A stretch of DNA of 64,000 nucleotides from Azolla caroliniana (lineage: Eukaryota > Plantae > Polypodiophyta), in NCBI GenBank assembly GCA_043228905.1, contig JBHGNT010000015.1, positions 15,376,001 to 15,440,000 of the forward strand, read 5' to 3'. Made by a program: the position numbers and the translations under genes. This document shows positions 1 through 13,046 of the stretch, piece by piece (the first letter of the stretch is position 1; each line of letters starts with the position of its first letter). The notes below the pieces were generated by a model. It was not told the DNA's origin. It did no database searches and saw only the letters and a program-made list of their open reading frames with translations.

Positions 1-847
1 TATTTCCTTGACCTTTATCTCTCTCGCCCCACCCCATGTAGTGGGGTTGATCATGGTAAAATCTTGTCTATTAGAACGTATTGTATATTGTTGGAAGTAT
101 TTTTTCTTTTATTTATTAAGATTTACACATTCGAATAAAGAATTGTAATTGCATCCTCATGATTCAAGACCAAACAAGGATTGTTAGGGGAAGTTTTGGC
201 TCGAAAATCCGAGCATTGGGCGAAAATCTACACAAAACATTCGTCTTATTTTTGCGGGAGACACAATTAAGATATGTACATCCAGATGATTTGTACATTG
301 TTTTCTAGTTATTTCCGCAAGGAATGGGACAAAAATATTCGGATAAAAAATCCAAGTCCTTGGGAAACTTATGAAGAAAAGAATTTAACGAATGACAAAA
401 TTTGAAGTAGCAAAGTTGGATTCCGTGTAATTCAGTGCCCAACCAAATGAGCAACATCCGTGACTACGAGGATCAAAGAGATCTTCGGGTAAGACAATTA
501 CTTCAACGCCATAAGCTTTCATTCTTGCCTTTTACCCTAAGAATAAAAGCCTTGGGGTATTGGTCTTCGCGTCTAAGGTCTTTACTCATTCGGGTATTTG
601 TTTACCATTATGGTAAAAGGTCATGTGGAGATTCCCCCAAATAGCCCCACTCACCAACAAATTGTACACTCAAATTTCCGAAAGTTCCCATTTCCCCTCT
701 CATAAATTATATATCCACACACATAACATTATAGGAAAATGTAGCCATTCCAATATACAAACGGATACACACATCCGAACAAACTCATATCGACACTCAC
801 AAACCTTTGCACATAAAAATTGATCACGTATTCACACATTCTTACGC

Positions 848-849
<2 letters not shown>

Positions 850-885
<36 letters not shown>
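850..885. repeat. (CA)n microsatellite
   Basis: Run of acacacac... visible directly; it produces the spurious CVCVCV ORF at 729-950. Confidence 0.95.
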
Positions 886-890
<5 letters not shown>

Positions 891-3800
891 TGTATTTACA
901 CTTATCCACATAAACAAACCTACAAGAAGATAATAAATATCGACACTCACACATGCATCATATTACATGAACACTAATTTGCACTTTGACAATGGAATGC
1001 ACAGATTTGCCTATAATCACTCTACTTATAGACATACATACATACATGAAAAGTACAAAAGGTTAGTGCACATTCAAACCAATATCCTCAAAGGGTTGTC
1101 ATGTGCCTCTTACATTCTCAAAAAGGGGAAACTTCAAGTGCTCTCACACAATTCAAGTGGGATATCATCCTAGCAACTAGTCTACAACAAAAACACCATC
1201 TTCCTCAGTTTTTCTGCTCATCCGCACGTTAATTTCATGAAAAGCTATGTACAGAATTGTTAATATATATGTTGTGAGTAAGATCATCTTAAGCAGTTGC
1301 TTGATGATTTGAATAGCATTTTGTGGAAGTTTTTTGGATCAATCTTCATTATTTTTGGCTCTAAGAGAAAGAGACATGAATGATCTCTACATCACACAAA
1401 TTAATGCACATACATCACACAAGGGTAACAAGTAGTTTTGTATTTGGGAGATCGGGAGATACAAACTTGCCTAGAAACCTATGGATAAGTCTTGTTTCTC
1501 GAGGATACTAATTGTACTTGGGTAGTGAAACATGAGGAAAGGCGAAAAATGATTGAAACTACCCTCAATTGGGTGACAATATAGATGCATTGATATCATT
1601 TGTTGCACATTCAAGTACTCAACAAGAGCAAGCGAACATTTGAGAATAGAAGCGTATATTTGAGGTTTTGACATATTTCCTTTTATGCTAATGGGAAATA
1701 TCATTTAGACCAAACTTTTGCACAACTCTACAATTTTGCAGCATTAATATGATGCTAGATTTGTTGCATATGTATTGAAATCCATCTTATATTTTTGTAG
1801 GCTATTGAGTGTGCACTCTACTCACCATAGATGACATTCTCCAACTTCCACAAAATTTACTCATATGAGAGATTCAAAACTAAAGGTAGCAAATATTTCA
1901 TTCAAATAGTACCACATGTTTTATCTACACATACCATCGAACATAATGGGCAAGTGTTCTTTTGAAATTTTAATATGCAGGCAACATAATTTCGAAAGCA
2001 AGTAAAACATGTGAAGAATAAATGGTAACATTTTGTTGCATCATAGTATGTTGGCCAATAGTTTGTAGTTGGCCAATAAAGGAAAACGGTGTCCTTTGAA
2101 ATAGACTTCAAAGTATCCCGTATCAGATTTTCCCCTCATATGAAGCAATGTGAAAGCATAATTAGAAGCATCATGTCCTTATGTATCCTACGTTATTGAA
2201 CACGTCCCCAAAACACTACATCTTCAAGTACTTTTTCTTATTCTGTGAATCCAATGACCTTTTGCATGCATGGCTTCTTTTTTTGTATGTATTGTAACAT
2301 TATAAGGAGCCACCCCATTACAAAGGAGGCATAAATGATGATCATGTTAAGCATTTTGGTTGCTCAACATAACTTAGGATGGCCCTTCATGTTGAACTCT
2401 CTAGGAGAAATTTGTTCAGCTAGATCAATGTAATTATGATTGATTGGCTTATAGTTTGTCAATATGGAATGATGCTCAACTCTAGCTTTGATGAGTTTGC
2501 ACAAGCATCAATAATTACCGTTTGCACAAGCATCAATATTATTACCCTATCGGACCTCGGTGGTGAGCCCATTTAATTTTTTGTTAAGAGTCCAATCAGG
2601 TTTGGTAATTGCAAGTAGTTAACTTTCAAAATGGTTCAAACCTTTCCTTCAAGGGGAACATGAGGCTTACTAAGCACAACCTTGCACTTCCAAACTACTG
2701 GCGAGTCTATTGAACCAAATTTGGTTTCTTTTGCTTCCACAATTGGTTAAGTAATAAGGACTTGCTTTGTCTTATTTTAAGTTCTATCCCACTCATCATG
2801 CTTTTGATGACAACTAATGTGAATGCTTTAAATGTCTTAAAATATTTTTTATTGCAGCAGGAGCACTACAATTAATGTGAAACATTAAAATCAGGAAAGA
2901 CCAAAGTTACTAGGAACTTGATCATGTTGTCAAAGTTAAACTGCATCTTGGTATCACAATTCACTACATAGATGATTTTCTCGGGCTCCAATCAAAATCA
3001 AATCTGAGGAATTTACGATACAAGAACTTTAAAAACATAAAATCGGTGTTATGTATGTAGTTTTCAAGACGATGAATTTGCAAGCATATATACATGCAAG
3101 AACCATAGCTTCAATAATTTATTGATCGAGGATGTGAAGCTAGTCAGTGCATTGATACAATCCATCAAGAATATGAAGAACAGAAGTAGAATGTAACAAA
3201 TGCAATTCAATGGAACATTTTTATCTAGTTAATGAAATAACAACACTTCAATAAAAAAGTGTGTAAATTAATCAAAAGCGATTTGTTCATAGTAGAGGTT
3301 CTTAATACCCACTTCCACAAAAAACACTCGATAGATCATGCCATGGGAGAGATCTTCATACTAGTGTCTAGTTACGTATGTTCTTTAATTAATAAGTATA
3401 AGTGGACAACCCAGACAACATGATGGTTCAATTAACTCGGTATGATATACCTAGTAACAAATTCCCAGTTCTCACGACAAAATGTGCAAAAGGAAACAGA
3501 TTAAAGCTATACTCATAAAAAATAAAATAACAGTGTTAGGAAAGGCATTAACTCAAAAAGTAAAAATAAAATTCATGCTATAGATTACATAACAGTATGT
3601 ATCGTAAGTGATCATTTTGGTTATTATGGGCCTTGCCATGTTGCTACCAGAGAAAAAAAACATCACACCTTAAGTATAACTGATCAAAATCTGGTCTTCT
3701 GAGCTCTGAATCCAATCCATCTGTCTCTAGTTGATCGTTTGATCCTTGATTTGTGATTCATGATCGGTTTTTCCATCTTCCGAGATTAACATATAATCTA

Positions 3801-3899
3801 TCCCCTTCTATGACTACTTCAAGTTAAATGACTTCTTTTTAAGCTTTGGGAACCACAATACATTCCTTAAACATTTCTTTTTTCGTCCTACATTACTAG

Positions 3900-6800
3900 C
3901 TAGGGTTGCTGTAATGGATATATGTGCTGTGGCATCGTCATCCCACCTGACAGAACTATTTCTGCATATAAAAAAACGTGAAGGAATCGAAGATCATTTT
4001 TTCCCCTCTTACTATGTTATTGTTATATTTTTATTTTTATTTTTAACCACCACATTTTTATCAATATCAAAAAGATGAGAAGCAACCAACCTATCCCCTC
4101 GCGGACAGAGAGATTCGGCCGGATGATGTCCTTGGTGTTCAATAGAACAATATCGCCGATGTATAAATGATTCGTCGGAACATACACACTGCAGAGTTCC
4201 TCTTCCCCTGTGTCATGCTGCACATATAGAAGTAAAATACATCGATAGATGATTTTATTTTGATCTCATCAAAGACAGGTTCGGTGCTACTATTTAAGTC
4301 TGGTTAGGCATTACAAAACCTGTAACACAAGCTACAAAAGAACATGATAAAAGGATATTAAATTCATGCATATTCATGTATACCAATGGCATTCATACTA
4401 GCAACTTCCAGCTACACCAAATACACATGCAATTCACAATATACTAGATAGACAAGATCCTGGTTACTAGTTACTACTTCTGAAGGGAAACAAAACATCT
4501 AACAAAGCAACAAAAGAGTAAGATTATGATGGAGGGGATACATAGCCAAAATGGACGCGTATTTCATTCATATACAGCATGAACATGTGTTTCACACTGG
4601 TTTTCTCTATGAAGCATACCTGAAGAGTTAAAGATGAAGTAATAAACCCAAAGGCATACTCCCCAACACGCGGATGCCTAATTATAGCAACCTCTTTGAA
4701 AGCCTGGGTGTTTTGATCTGAAGAATGTGATCCATGGACAGCTTATCAATATCAATTTTGATAGTAAAAAAATGAAGTTCATGATGGCAGTAACCGTTTT
4801 ATCTTTGTTAAGGAGCCACAAATAGCTAATTGTAACTAAACAAGCCCAATGAGGAGCACAATAGATAGAATGAGAGAATCCCTCTTACCTGGTGAGATTG
4901 CTGCACTAATCTGTTTTGATGCAGAGTAAATATGCCTCACTAATGGCATCCTCTTAATGAACCATTCCCCGACGAAAAGTATATTTGATCCAACCCATGA
5001 AGAAAAGAAGACACCGACAGAAAATATGAAGAGAATGGATGTCACAAAGCCCAGACCTACATATTCTCGCAGAAGAATGTGGCACCTTTTAAAGATGAGA
5101 CATCGTTATACTTGATAATGAGAATCTCATCCAAAAAATTTACAATCATCTTACCAAAAATGTTGATACCCAAATGAGCATAGATAGGTGAGAAGAAGCC
5201 ATCGACAAATTGAATGAACCACCATGTAACATAGAAAGTGATCGCAAGGGGCAGCAAAATAACACTGAAAGGAAGATCTACTTTTCACTTACCCATACAT
5301 AATACCCAAAAATATCGCTGTACATATTACAGAGAATGATAATTTTATACCATCCACTCATGAACTTCTTTGAGATCCAGCTTCGCAACATAGAATGGAA
5401 TGCCTGTAAAAGGTAACATTCCAATTTATTATGTACTGGGATCTGGGACCCTAAGTTACTTTATCGAAAGAGTTACTGGTAACTAGAAAACAGAACAACA
5501 GGGAGACAAAGAAAAAAATGAAAGAGAGAAGAAACAAATTGAAAGAAAATTTGTAGTTTACTATAAGCCAATATCGGCCAGTACGGTGATGGGTGGATCT
5601 AAGGAATGGTCTTTTTAGTGGAATCTCCATGCCTCTTGGGAAATAAAAAAACTCAAGAAATAATTCATAATTATCATTATCTATGTTGAACTAAAAATAT
5701 AAGTATTGTGTTTATGTATTGAGTTTACATTCCTTTTAAATCAAGTTAAGTTGAAGCAATAAAAATGTCAATCAGGATCATTTAAAGTCTAAAACACAGA
5801 AATGTCAAATACAACCAATATTATAACATCCATGTGAAGTTTAGCACATGCCAAGAGATCTAAACAGATAAATGATGGCATTCTGAATTTGATCAGCCAT
5901 CTCATCACAGCAGACATGTTATATTCTCCTCCTCCTCATCATCATCATGACATGAGACTATCCAAGTTAAAATAGGATGCAGAAGAGGACTACCAACAAC
6001 TAGATGATCTATCTTTTTACTCAAATGAGAGCTACAGGCTCTCTTACATAAAAAATAAATACTATATATCCAGCTCCACTTGTAAGATTGCAGGGGAAGT
6101 CGTCAATTGCCAGTATAAAAAAGGGCACACACGGAATGCAAAATATAGCTGAGAGTAATATGCTATTATTTCTTAAGCTTCTCAATTTTAAGAACTACTC
6201 CTTTTGTTATTATGAAGAAAAGAGAAAGCTGTATAAACCACTCCTGCTCCTACGTCAGTGATCCATACATATGTAGTCAGTTTCCTAATAACATAGTGAA
6301 TGAGAGTTTCCTACTATATGTCAGGCTTCAGCAAGTGACTTGTACAGATAAATGAGCAATTCCTCCTTTCCTCTTCCTCAACAGTCAAATTTGGGTGATT
6401 ATGGATATGGATGGATATCATCAAATTGTGATTAGAACCTTTTAATAAGTATTTGTATATTTTGGCTTCCACGATCTTTGAGCTTTATCTCATGAATAAA
6501 CACCAAACAGGTTCAGTTCATCTATTGGTTAGGTCATTGTGTCTAAACTTGTCTAAAATAGCTCGAGTTTCACAGTCTCAAAACTATGGTACAATGGTTA
6601 AGCCCCATCGCTAGGTTTTTACTGATATTCAAACATCTAGTGTTACTGTGTGGTTAAGTACATTGATTGAAATCCCCATAGCTAGGGGGTTTACAGATTT
6701 GAAAAACAATGGTCACGCCCGATAAAAGTAAGGGTTTTAATGTATAGTCAGACACACACACACACAAATACAAATTGGCAGCCCAATAACTAGGGTTTAC

Positions 6801-7626
6801 GGATTGGAAAGCACTGCCAAGCACAATGACCTAAGGTATATGATTAACCACAGGGAATAACTAATATCTAGTGTTTTATAGTGGGGTTAGACACGTGACG
6901 GGACTCATATTTCGGGATTTAATTTATGGTTAGACACATCAAAAGACCCATATCTAGGGTTTACTGCATGTTTGAGAACACATTAAACACTCATAACTTA
7001 GGTTTTACTATATGCTTAAGACACACTAAAAAAAACGACCATATCTAAGGTTTTCCAATATGGTTAAACAAAACAAAACACCCATAATCTAGGGTTTACT
7101 GCATGTTTGAGAACGCATTAAACACTCATAACTTAGGTTTTACTATATGCTTAAGACACACTAAAAAAAACGACCATATCTAAGGTTTTCCAATATGGTT
7201 AAACAAAACAAAACACCCATAATCTAGGGTTTACTACATGGCTATACAGATAGAAGAAAGCACCCATATGTAGAGAGTGGTACACACGTGTGAAATCTCT
7301 ACATCTAAGGTGGCTTGATGAGTGTGTGGTTCAATCAATCATATATGTGCATAAGTATCCCTCCACTTTCAGCTACAACTGGCGTTAAATTATACAGAGA
7401 AACCAGAGGAGGAAAAGATAAAGAGAGAAGAGAAAGAAAGAGTAGGGGGTGATAGTAGTAGTAGTAGTAGTAGAAGTAGTACCTGAGGGCCTGATCCATT
7501 GAGAGATGGGGAAGGTTTGAGGGGGTCTTCTGCATCTTCGTCAGCCATGAAGAGGTGTAGATCTGATGAAGACGAAGAAGGAGAGGAGGAGGAGACAGGG
7601 TGGTTCGGTTTTCCTTCATCGCCCAT
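3900..7626 (-). CDS. COV1: COV1/LIKE-COV (DUF502) membrane protein gene, 7 exons, about 253 aa
   Basis: Exons 7626-7483, 5403-5351, 5264-5155, 5056-4889, 4717-4620, 4217-4091 and 3961-3900, all with GT-AG introns, sum to 762 nt in one frame ending TAG. Peptide contains SWISKKFMSGCVILLPLAITFYVTWWFIQFVDGFFSPIY, RHIYSASKQISAAISPDQNTQAFKEVAIIRHPRVGEYAFGFITS, VYVPTNHLYIGD and SVREGIEIVLSGGM, typical of plant COV1/LCV. The exact paralog (COV1 vs LCV1-3) is not resolved. Confidence 0.93.
6590..7260. repeat. Degenerate ~45-bp minisatellite in COV1 intron 1, including a near-perfect 135-bp tandem duplication (6961-7235)
   Basis: The core ctagggtt(t)tac...ggtta recurs; 'ttact' anchors at 6961, 7096 and 7231 give a 135-bp period. 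Confidence 0.85.
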
Positions 7627-7669
7627 TGCTTAGATTTTGTTATTTGGTTTTCTTTGTTTTTTTGACTTC

Positions 7670-7785
7670 AGAAAAAGGAGGAGGAGGAGGAGGAGGAAGA
7701 AGAAGAAGAAGAAGAAGAGGGTAGAGAGGCTTCAGAAGGAAGAAGGAAGAAGGAAGAAAGAAGAAGAAGGAAGAAGAAGAGGAGC
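7670..7785. repeat. (GGA)n/(GAA)n tract just upstream of the COV1 ATG (pyrimidine-rich on the gene strand, probable 5' UTR)
   Basis: Visible trinucleotide runs about 45-160 bp upstream of the minus-strand ATG at 7626. Confidence 0.8.
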
Positions 7786-7957
7786 AATTTACCATAATTC
7801 CAAAAAATGCCCCTCAATCAATCAATGAATAGAGAGGTGAGAGAGAATGATCACTTGGATAAGGTTGCCCAATGAAGACTAATAGGTCATGGGTTCAACC
7901 CCTACATTCCATAGTGTAACAACTTACCACTAGACTAGGGTAAGCTAATTATGATTG

Positions 7958-7997
<40 letters not shown>

Positions 7998-8002
<5 letters not shown>

Positions 8003-8206
8003 ATTATCGCCTTCGGAGGTCAAATATGACCTATGAGACCAAAAATATTACATTTCACGTGATACGTGTGAAAGTGAGTAGTGACTCTCGATGTTCAAGA
8101 ACTTTACCAATGAATGTTGCAATCGAGAGTAGTGCACATTGTGGTTGTGAGAGGAATTCATGCGAGGATTGGCCTCGGTGGAAGAGATGTGGAAAGCATG
8201 GTCGAA
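7998..8206 (+). repeat. ~210-bp dispersed element copy 1, flanked by (GA)n; inverted copy at 15524-15731
   Basis: Near-identical reverse complement of 15524-15731; both ORF translations share MTYETKNITFHVIRVKVSSDSRCSRTLPMNVAIES. (GA)n tracts at 7961-7997 and 8271-8284. Confidence 0.92.
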
Positions 8207-8440
8207 TATGATCAAAAGGCAGAGCATTGCATCAAAGTGTGATACTCAGACTCGTGAACTTGTTTAGGGCAGAGAGAGAGAGAGCGCTCACATGGACAAG
8301 TTGCCCAATGGAGACAAGGAGGTCATGGGTTCAACCCTACATTCCACAGTGGCATCTAATACATTAAGAGAATACATGTGGAATTAAGAAATTTGGGTTT
8401 TGAGCCACTAGGGTAAGGTAATTACGATAAGAGAGTGAGA

Positions 8441-8616
8441 GAATTCTTATGTGAGATTTCTGGATGCGGTGATAATTTCCTCAAGTGCATATTCAGGTTC
8501 TCTAATGACTTTACAGGATGTTCCTCTCCCTACATAGGATAAGTGGGTAAACGAGACTAATAAGTGTTGTAACAAGTGGATTTTGCATACAATTAATATA
8601 ATTGTGTGCTTTTACC
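8441..8616 (+). mobile_element. 3'-terminal fragment of the (GA)n-associated LINE family
   Basis: Matches the reverse complement of 14701-14890, ending in caattaatataattgtgtgcttttacc; GA-rich sequence on both sides. Confidence 0.85.
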
Positions 8617-11249
8617 AAAAGATAGAGATGGGTTAGGAGAGGGAGGGAGGGAGAGAAAAAAGATTGAGATTGCTCAAATGGATTGGCAACTCTGTTGGTC
8701 AGGTTGCCTAATGGAGAGCAGAAGGTCATGGGTTGAACTCCTTCATTGTATAGTGGCATGATTCTAGTAAATTAAGAGGATATGTATGGAGTTATAGAGA
8801 GATGAGAAAATTGGGTTTCAAATACAAGACCTAGAGTTGGTAGTCTAACAACTTATCATCAGATATGATAAAGTAATTGCAATAAAAGAGAGATAATGAG
8901 TGTAGACTATCATTCACAATTCCTAAAAGAAAAGGAAGAGTTCTTGAAACTAGGTAATAAGTTATTTGTTCACCATACACGACTCCAAGAATGCTCATCC
9001 ATAGTGAAATAATAGCAATAGTCCATTTCAAGGGTGGATCTTAGCCTAGTCGTCTTAATTGCTCAAACCAATTGTCCTTGATCCATGCAATCCTTCCGAT
9101 GTTTTGGATTTGAACAATGTTGTCATGAACCATAATTCCTAAAATGCCCCATCATGGTGAGACTTAGTAGTAACATGCCCTTCCAATGAAACTTAAACTT
9201 AGCACTAGTGGTGGTGGTTCTAACATAATTCCTAAAATGACAATCTAATGAAGCTTTGATAATCGAATGACACAATTTTATCACTATAGGAAATATTACT
9301 GTATTTTATAATCATCAAGTTGTCATAACATTTTAATTTTCAAACACTTCTAATTCGACATGTTTAAGATTCATATATAATACTTGCAAAGCTTTGTACA
9401 GAACGACAACCATAACAAGAGAGTACATGCTTAAAGCACAATGTGAAGACATTGCAGTTGTACAAACACTTTATTGATAGATCCATCAAGGTACCATATT
9501 GGGGATTGTAAATCTAAATATATAAAAATCGTAGTTAGAAACTTGATAAGAGACTTACATTAACCCAAACCATGAATACACACAAGGCACACCATTAAAC
9601 ACCACTAATATGTTGCATCTATATATTCAACATTCAAATATGATTACATCTAGAATGCCTTGTACATTTTTTTTTTACTTTTAAAAAGGAAGATTACATT
9701 GGGTGCCACTAGGATGTCACAATGTTCAAATCTCTTGCTTTCAAGTTTCCTTCAATGTGACCCTTTAGATACATACAAATTTGGATTTAAATATAATGGA
9801 TGTTTACATCAAACATATATATCAACTAAGGTATTAACATAAATAGTACTCTACGCCTTCTAATCTCTAAGGCTACTATATTGGTACACTCATGGCACAA
9901 CTCTTTTTGGATTGGAGGAACCCTAAAAATGAAGTGCACAAATTTTCCTTCAATCCCTAAGTTGAACCATTGTGAGAATTGCCCAATTTGGGGTCAAGGT
10001 TGAAAGGTCTTCAAACCATAATTGATTTCCGGCCAACAAATTATTGGTTACATCATTATTGCTCAAATTATTTTGGTGATCCACTTACCTTATCAAATGT
10101 TTGGCCCTCCATACTACGTCTCCAACCTTGAGTTGAGATAGGGAAATCTATACAAAATACTACCATTGAATCGTGATTCAATCCTTTATAATATATAACC
10201 ATACATCATTTGACCATGGAACTTAGTCTTCAAGTGCTTTCCTCCTTTCTGCCTCCTTGGTGTTTTCTACAAACTCCTTTTACTTGAGTTTTATCACTAT
10301 GGCTCACATTGCAACAATGTCTTTTGTAAACATTTGTTGTTTTGGCCAAAACAATTTCATGGTAACGAGGAATAGTACACTTCTTTGGAGTGGCTTCAAA
10401 GTCTAGTCCACACATGGTTGTGCTTTAGTTTCATGATGTAAATATTCTTAGAAATGATGACGACCGAAACGTACATAAAACAAGTGAAAGTCGGAACCAA
10501 ATATGAATATATAATTTATTTTAGAGCATTGGAAAGATACAAATACAAGGGATTTGTTAAATCCTATGCCTACATGTAAAAATGTTGGTCAATTTCGAGC
10601 ATCTTGTTGTTCTAAAAGACACTTGTCCAATATGAGCAATCTTAGAGGAACTTTGTTTAAAACAAGACCTCTAGCCTCCCATTCTAATAGATGTATCCTT
10701 TAGCTAAAATTTGTAGGTTAAACTTCGCTACAACCGACACCCTTTCTTACGCATTTTCCTTCTTAATTTTGTTTAACATTAATTAAGATTATAAAAATGA
10801 TCTAGATGGGAGACAAATGACTTGCAATAATATTAAGATAAATAGTCTTTTATTTTGTCATGCTCTTTAAGGTATAATTCCATAAGCAAGAAATCTTTTA
10901 GTGAATTACCATTGAAAAGGGGAGCTTAGTGAAATTTTATGCTTAATAGAAAAGGAAATGCATGGATATTTCTTTGATGTTCAAATGCATGTTTTGATTC
11001 ACCTCATTGATGAGATTGACCTTGCAAGTGTAGGCAACACTTGATGGACACTTTGGGTAGAAAGATTTACATGTGTGCTCAAAGTATTTGAATGTTAAAG
11101 AGCAAGGATGGTGTGGTCAATGGAAAGACATTTATTTGAGTATTTGGCCGATGTCCTTGAAGGTGCACCACTTAATCATATGAAAAGGCAAGCATCAAGT
11201 TAGAGGAATTGCTTTCTAGTAAACATATTATGTTCCATAATTGACCTAA

Positions 11250-11778
11250 AGAGCAAGAGGTTCACGTCTCGCCTCCTAGTTGCCCACAAAGTGGATGGGA
11301 CAACATCGTGGAGCGCAACGACCTAGATCAATCCCTTGGTTGATAGCTGGATGGACGCCTTCAATGCAGGCAATTGGTGCTATGAATGCACAAGAGGTAA
11401 ACTCGTCAAGACCTCTTTTGAGAGAGACTTCAAGACCACATCCCCTCGTTTTCGGAACATTTGGATGTTGATCGATGGTGAAGCAAGGAGGAAACGGCTC
11501 GAGGTGGAACTACCAGCCCCCACACTGGTTGTTTCCTACTCACCTCCCTCCCTCCCTCCGTTGCAGACCAGAGGATCGGGCTTGCGCTAGATGATGATGA
11601 TTACCACTAGTTTATAGTTCTCGATACCTACTTACATTAAGTAGAAAGTAAGAGAGGATATCTACACAATCTCATATTCTTGGACTTGGTCGGGGGTGAT
11701 TTCCCGTTTTCTTGTATAGCCTTTCTATAAAAATCTCTCCTAACTAATGGGAAAGTAGTTCTTTTTTTGGAAAAAAAG
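11250..11778 (+). mobile_element. 5'-truncated LINE 3' end (poly(A)-type family)
   Basis: One frame gives NGSRWNYQPPHWLFP, similar to the QGPIWKYHHPWPFP terminus of the 17120-20637 LINE; ends in taactaatggg...tttttggaaaaaaa like other copies. Left boundary approximate. Confidence 0.65.
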
Positions 11779-12433
11779 ATGACCACATTTATACTAACAC
11801 AACCACAAATGTACAACATCTTTTATTGAGGATAATAAAGAGGTGGTAAGGCATAGAAAAGTTCGCCATTTCTAGAATGGATAAGAGAATATTTGAGCAA
11901 GCAAGCATGAAAAATGAGGAAGTTACTATAGAAAATATTGAGCTTATAATTGGATTTGAGATCATGATATATATAGTATGTATGTCATATGAAAGTCTTC
12001 TTTGACCATGTGCACTAATTTACACATGTATTTGTCATTATTACATATATGTGCATACTTATAAGTTATAAGTTATAACAACATGTAGGTACTAGGTATG
12101 CAGTCAACAACTACAAATATAAAGTTTGATGATTTATGCGTTACACATTCTTGTATTGTAGCTCATTTGAGGAACAATCACTTGCAAGTGCTAATGATAC
12201 AAACATGAATGATGATGCGGATGAATATGTTGACATTTAGAAGTTATTTATGAAGTTGGTTTTCGTGTTATGGAAATATGTATATCCTTCCATTATCTCA
12301 TCTCTTTGACTTCCATCATGAAGTTTTTAATGAAGATTTAGAATGATTCATTATAGTGATTACTAATGGTCAAACTTTTTCGGTTCTGTTTTGAATTCAA
12401 AGGTTCATGAGTAACCATTGCATCACTAGTTTT

Positions 12434-13046
12434 TGTTGGGATTACGGTCCCTTCGGATGGGATGGTCGGATGTCGGAGATGAATGCCGACAAGCCCGGTT
12501 TCGGTTTCGGATCCGGATGACGAAGACCCCGGTTTCGGTACCGGATGACGAATGTACCCGGAGAGCGATCCGGATGCAGGGACATATCCGTGAATATGTT
12601 CGCTATGGGCCCCTGAGGCTACAGTTGTAAATAGCCCAAAGTCATATAAGTATAAATATGACTTAGGGCAAATAGTTTTGTTGTTGCTTCTCATTTTTCT
12701 GTTTTTCCACTCAAGAGGAGTGAAGTGTAAGCAGCCGTGAGAGAGAGAGAGAGAGAGATAGAGCGCGAGAGAGGAAGAGGACGACGCCTCTGTGTATTTC
12801 CGCCGCCTGTGGCGAGGACAGCGAGCTCAAGGTCGTCGCCTTGGAGCTCGTCATTGTATACTTCTCTTTGTATAGTGTTGTTTGGAGTCTTGTACTCCCG
12901 TGGTTTTTCCCATCTAGGGTTTTCCACGTTAATCACTGTGTACTCGTGTATTTCTCTCTTTGGTTCCTATTTTCTGCTCCATTGATCCGCGATTACTCGG
13001 TTGTGGCCGGGTGAAGAAGGTAAATCGAAGCGTTGATTTCCTTACA
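12434..13046 (+). mobile_element. Solo LTR (613 bp)
   Basis: TG...CA termini (tgttggga...ccttaca), 5-bp TSD GTTTT at 12429-12433 and 13047-13051, internal TATAAATA and GA tract. Confidence 0.88.

Larger units (their letters stand above)
7850..8830 (+). mobile_element. Three degenerate copies of a putative tRNA-derived SINE-like repeat
   Basis: Core gttgcc(c/t)aatg.agac...aggtcatgggtt(c/g)aac(c/t)c...catt...agtg near 7862, 8298 and 8701; GGTTCAAnCC resembles a Pol III B box. Confidence 0.45.

Noticed and set aside
400-2850. Minus-strand coding-like fragments (e.g. FATFSFESLI) possibly from an old DNA transposon
   Set aside because: Too decayed to assign by eye; no termini found.
6590-7260. 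Regularly spaced repeats resembling a CRISPR array
   Set aside because: They lie in a eukaryotic intron, the units are degenerate, the spacers are themselves duplicated, and there are no cas genes.
7335-8211. ORFs with poly-Y/L/R/K/ER runs (also 729-950, 12691-12985, 41375-41745, 57317-57718)
   Set aside because: These are translations of microsatellites or of exon 1 read into the intron, not independent genes.
8850-10450. Short minus-strand ORF fragments
   Set aside because: No recognisable domain or consistent splice structure.
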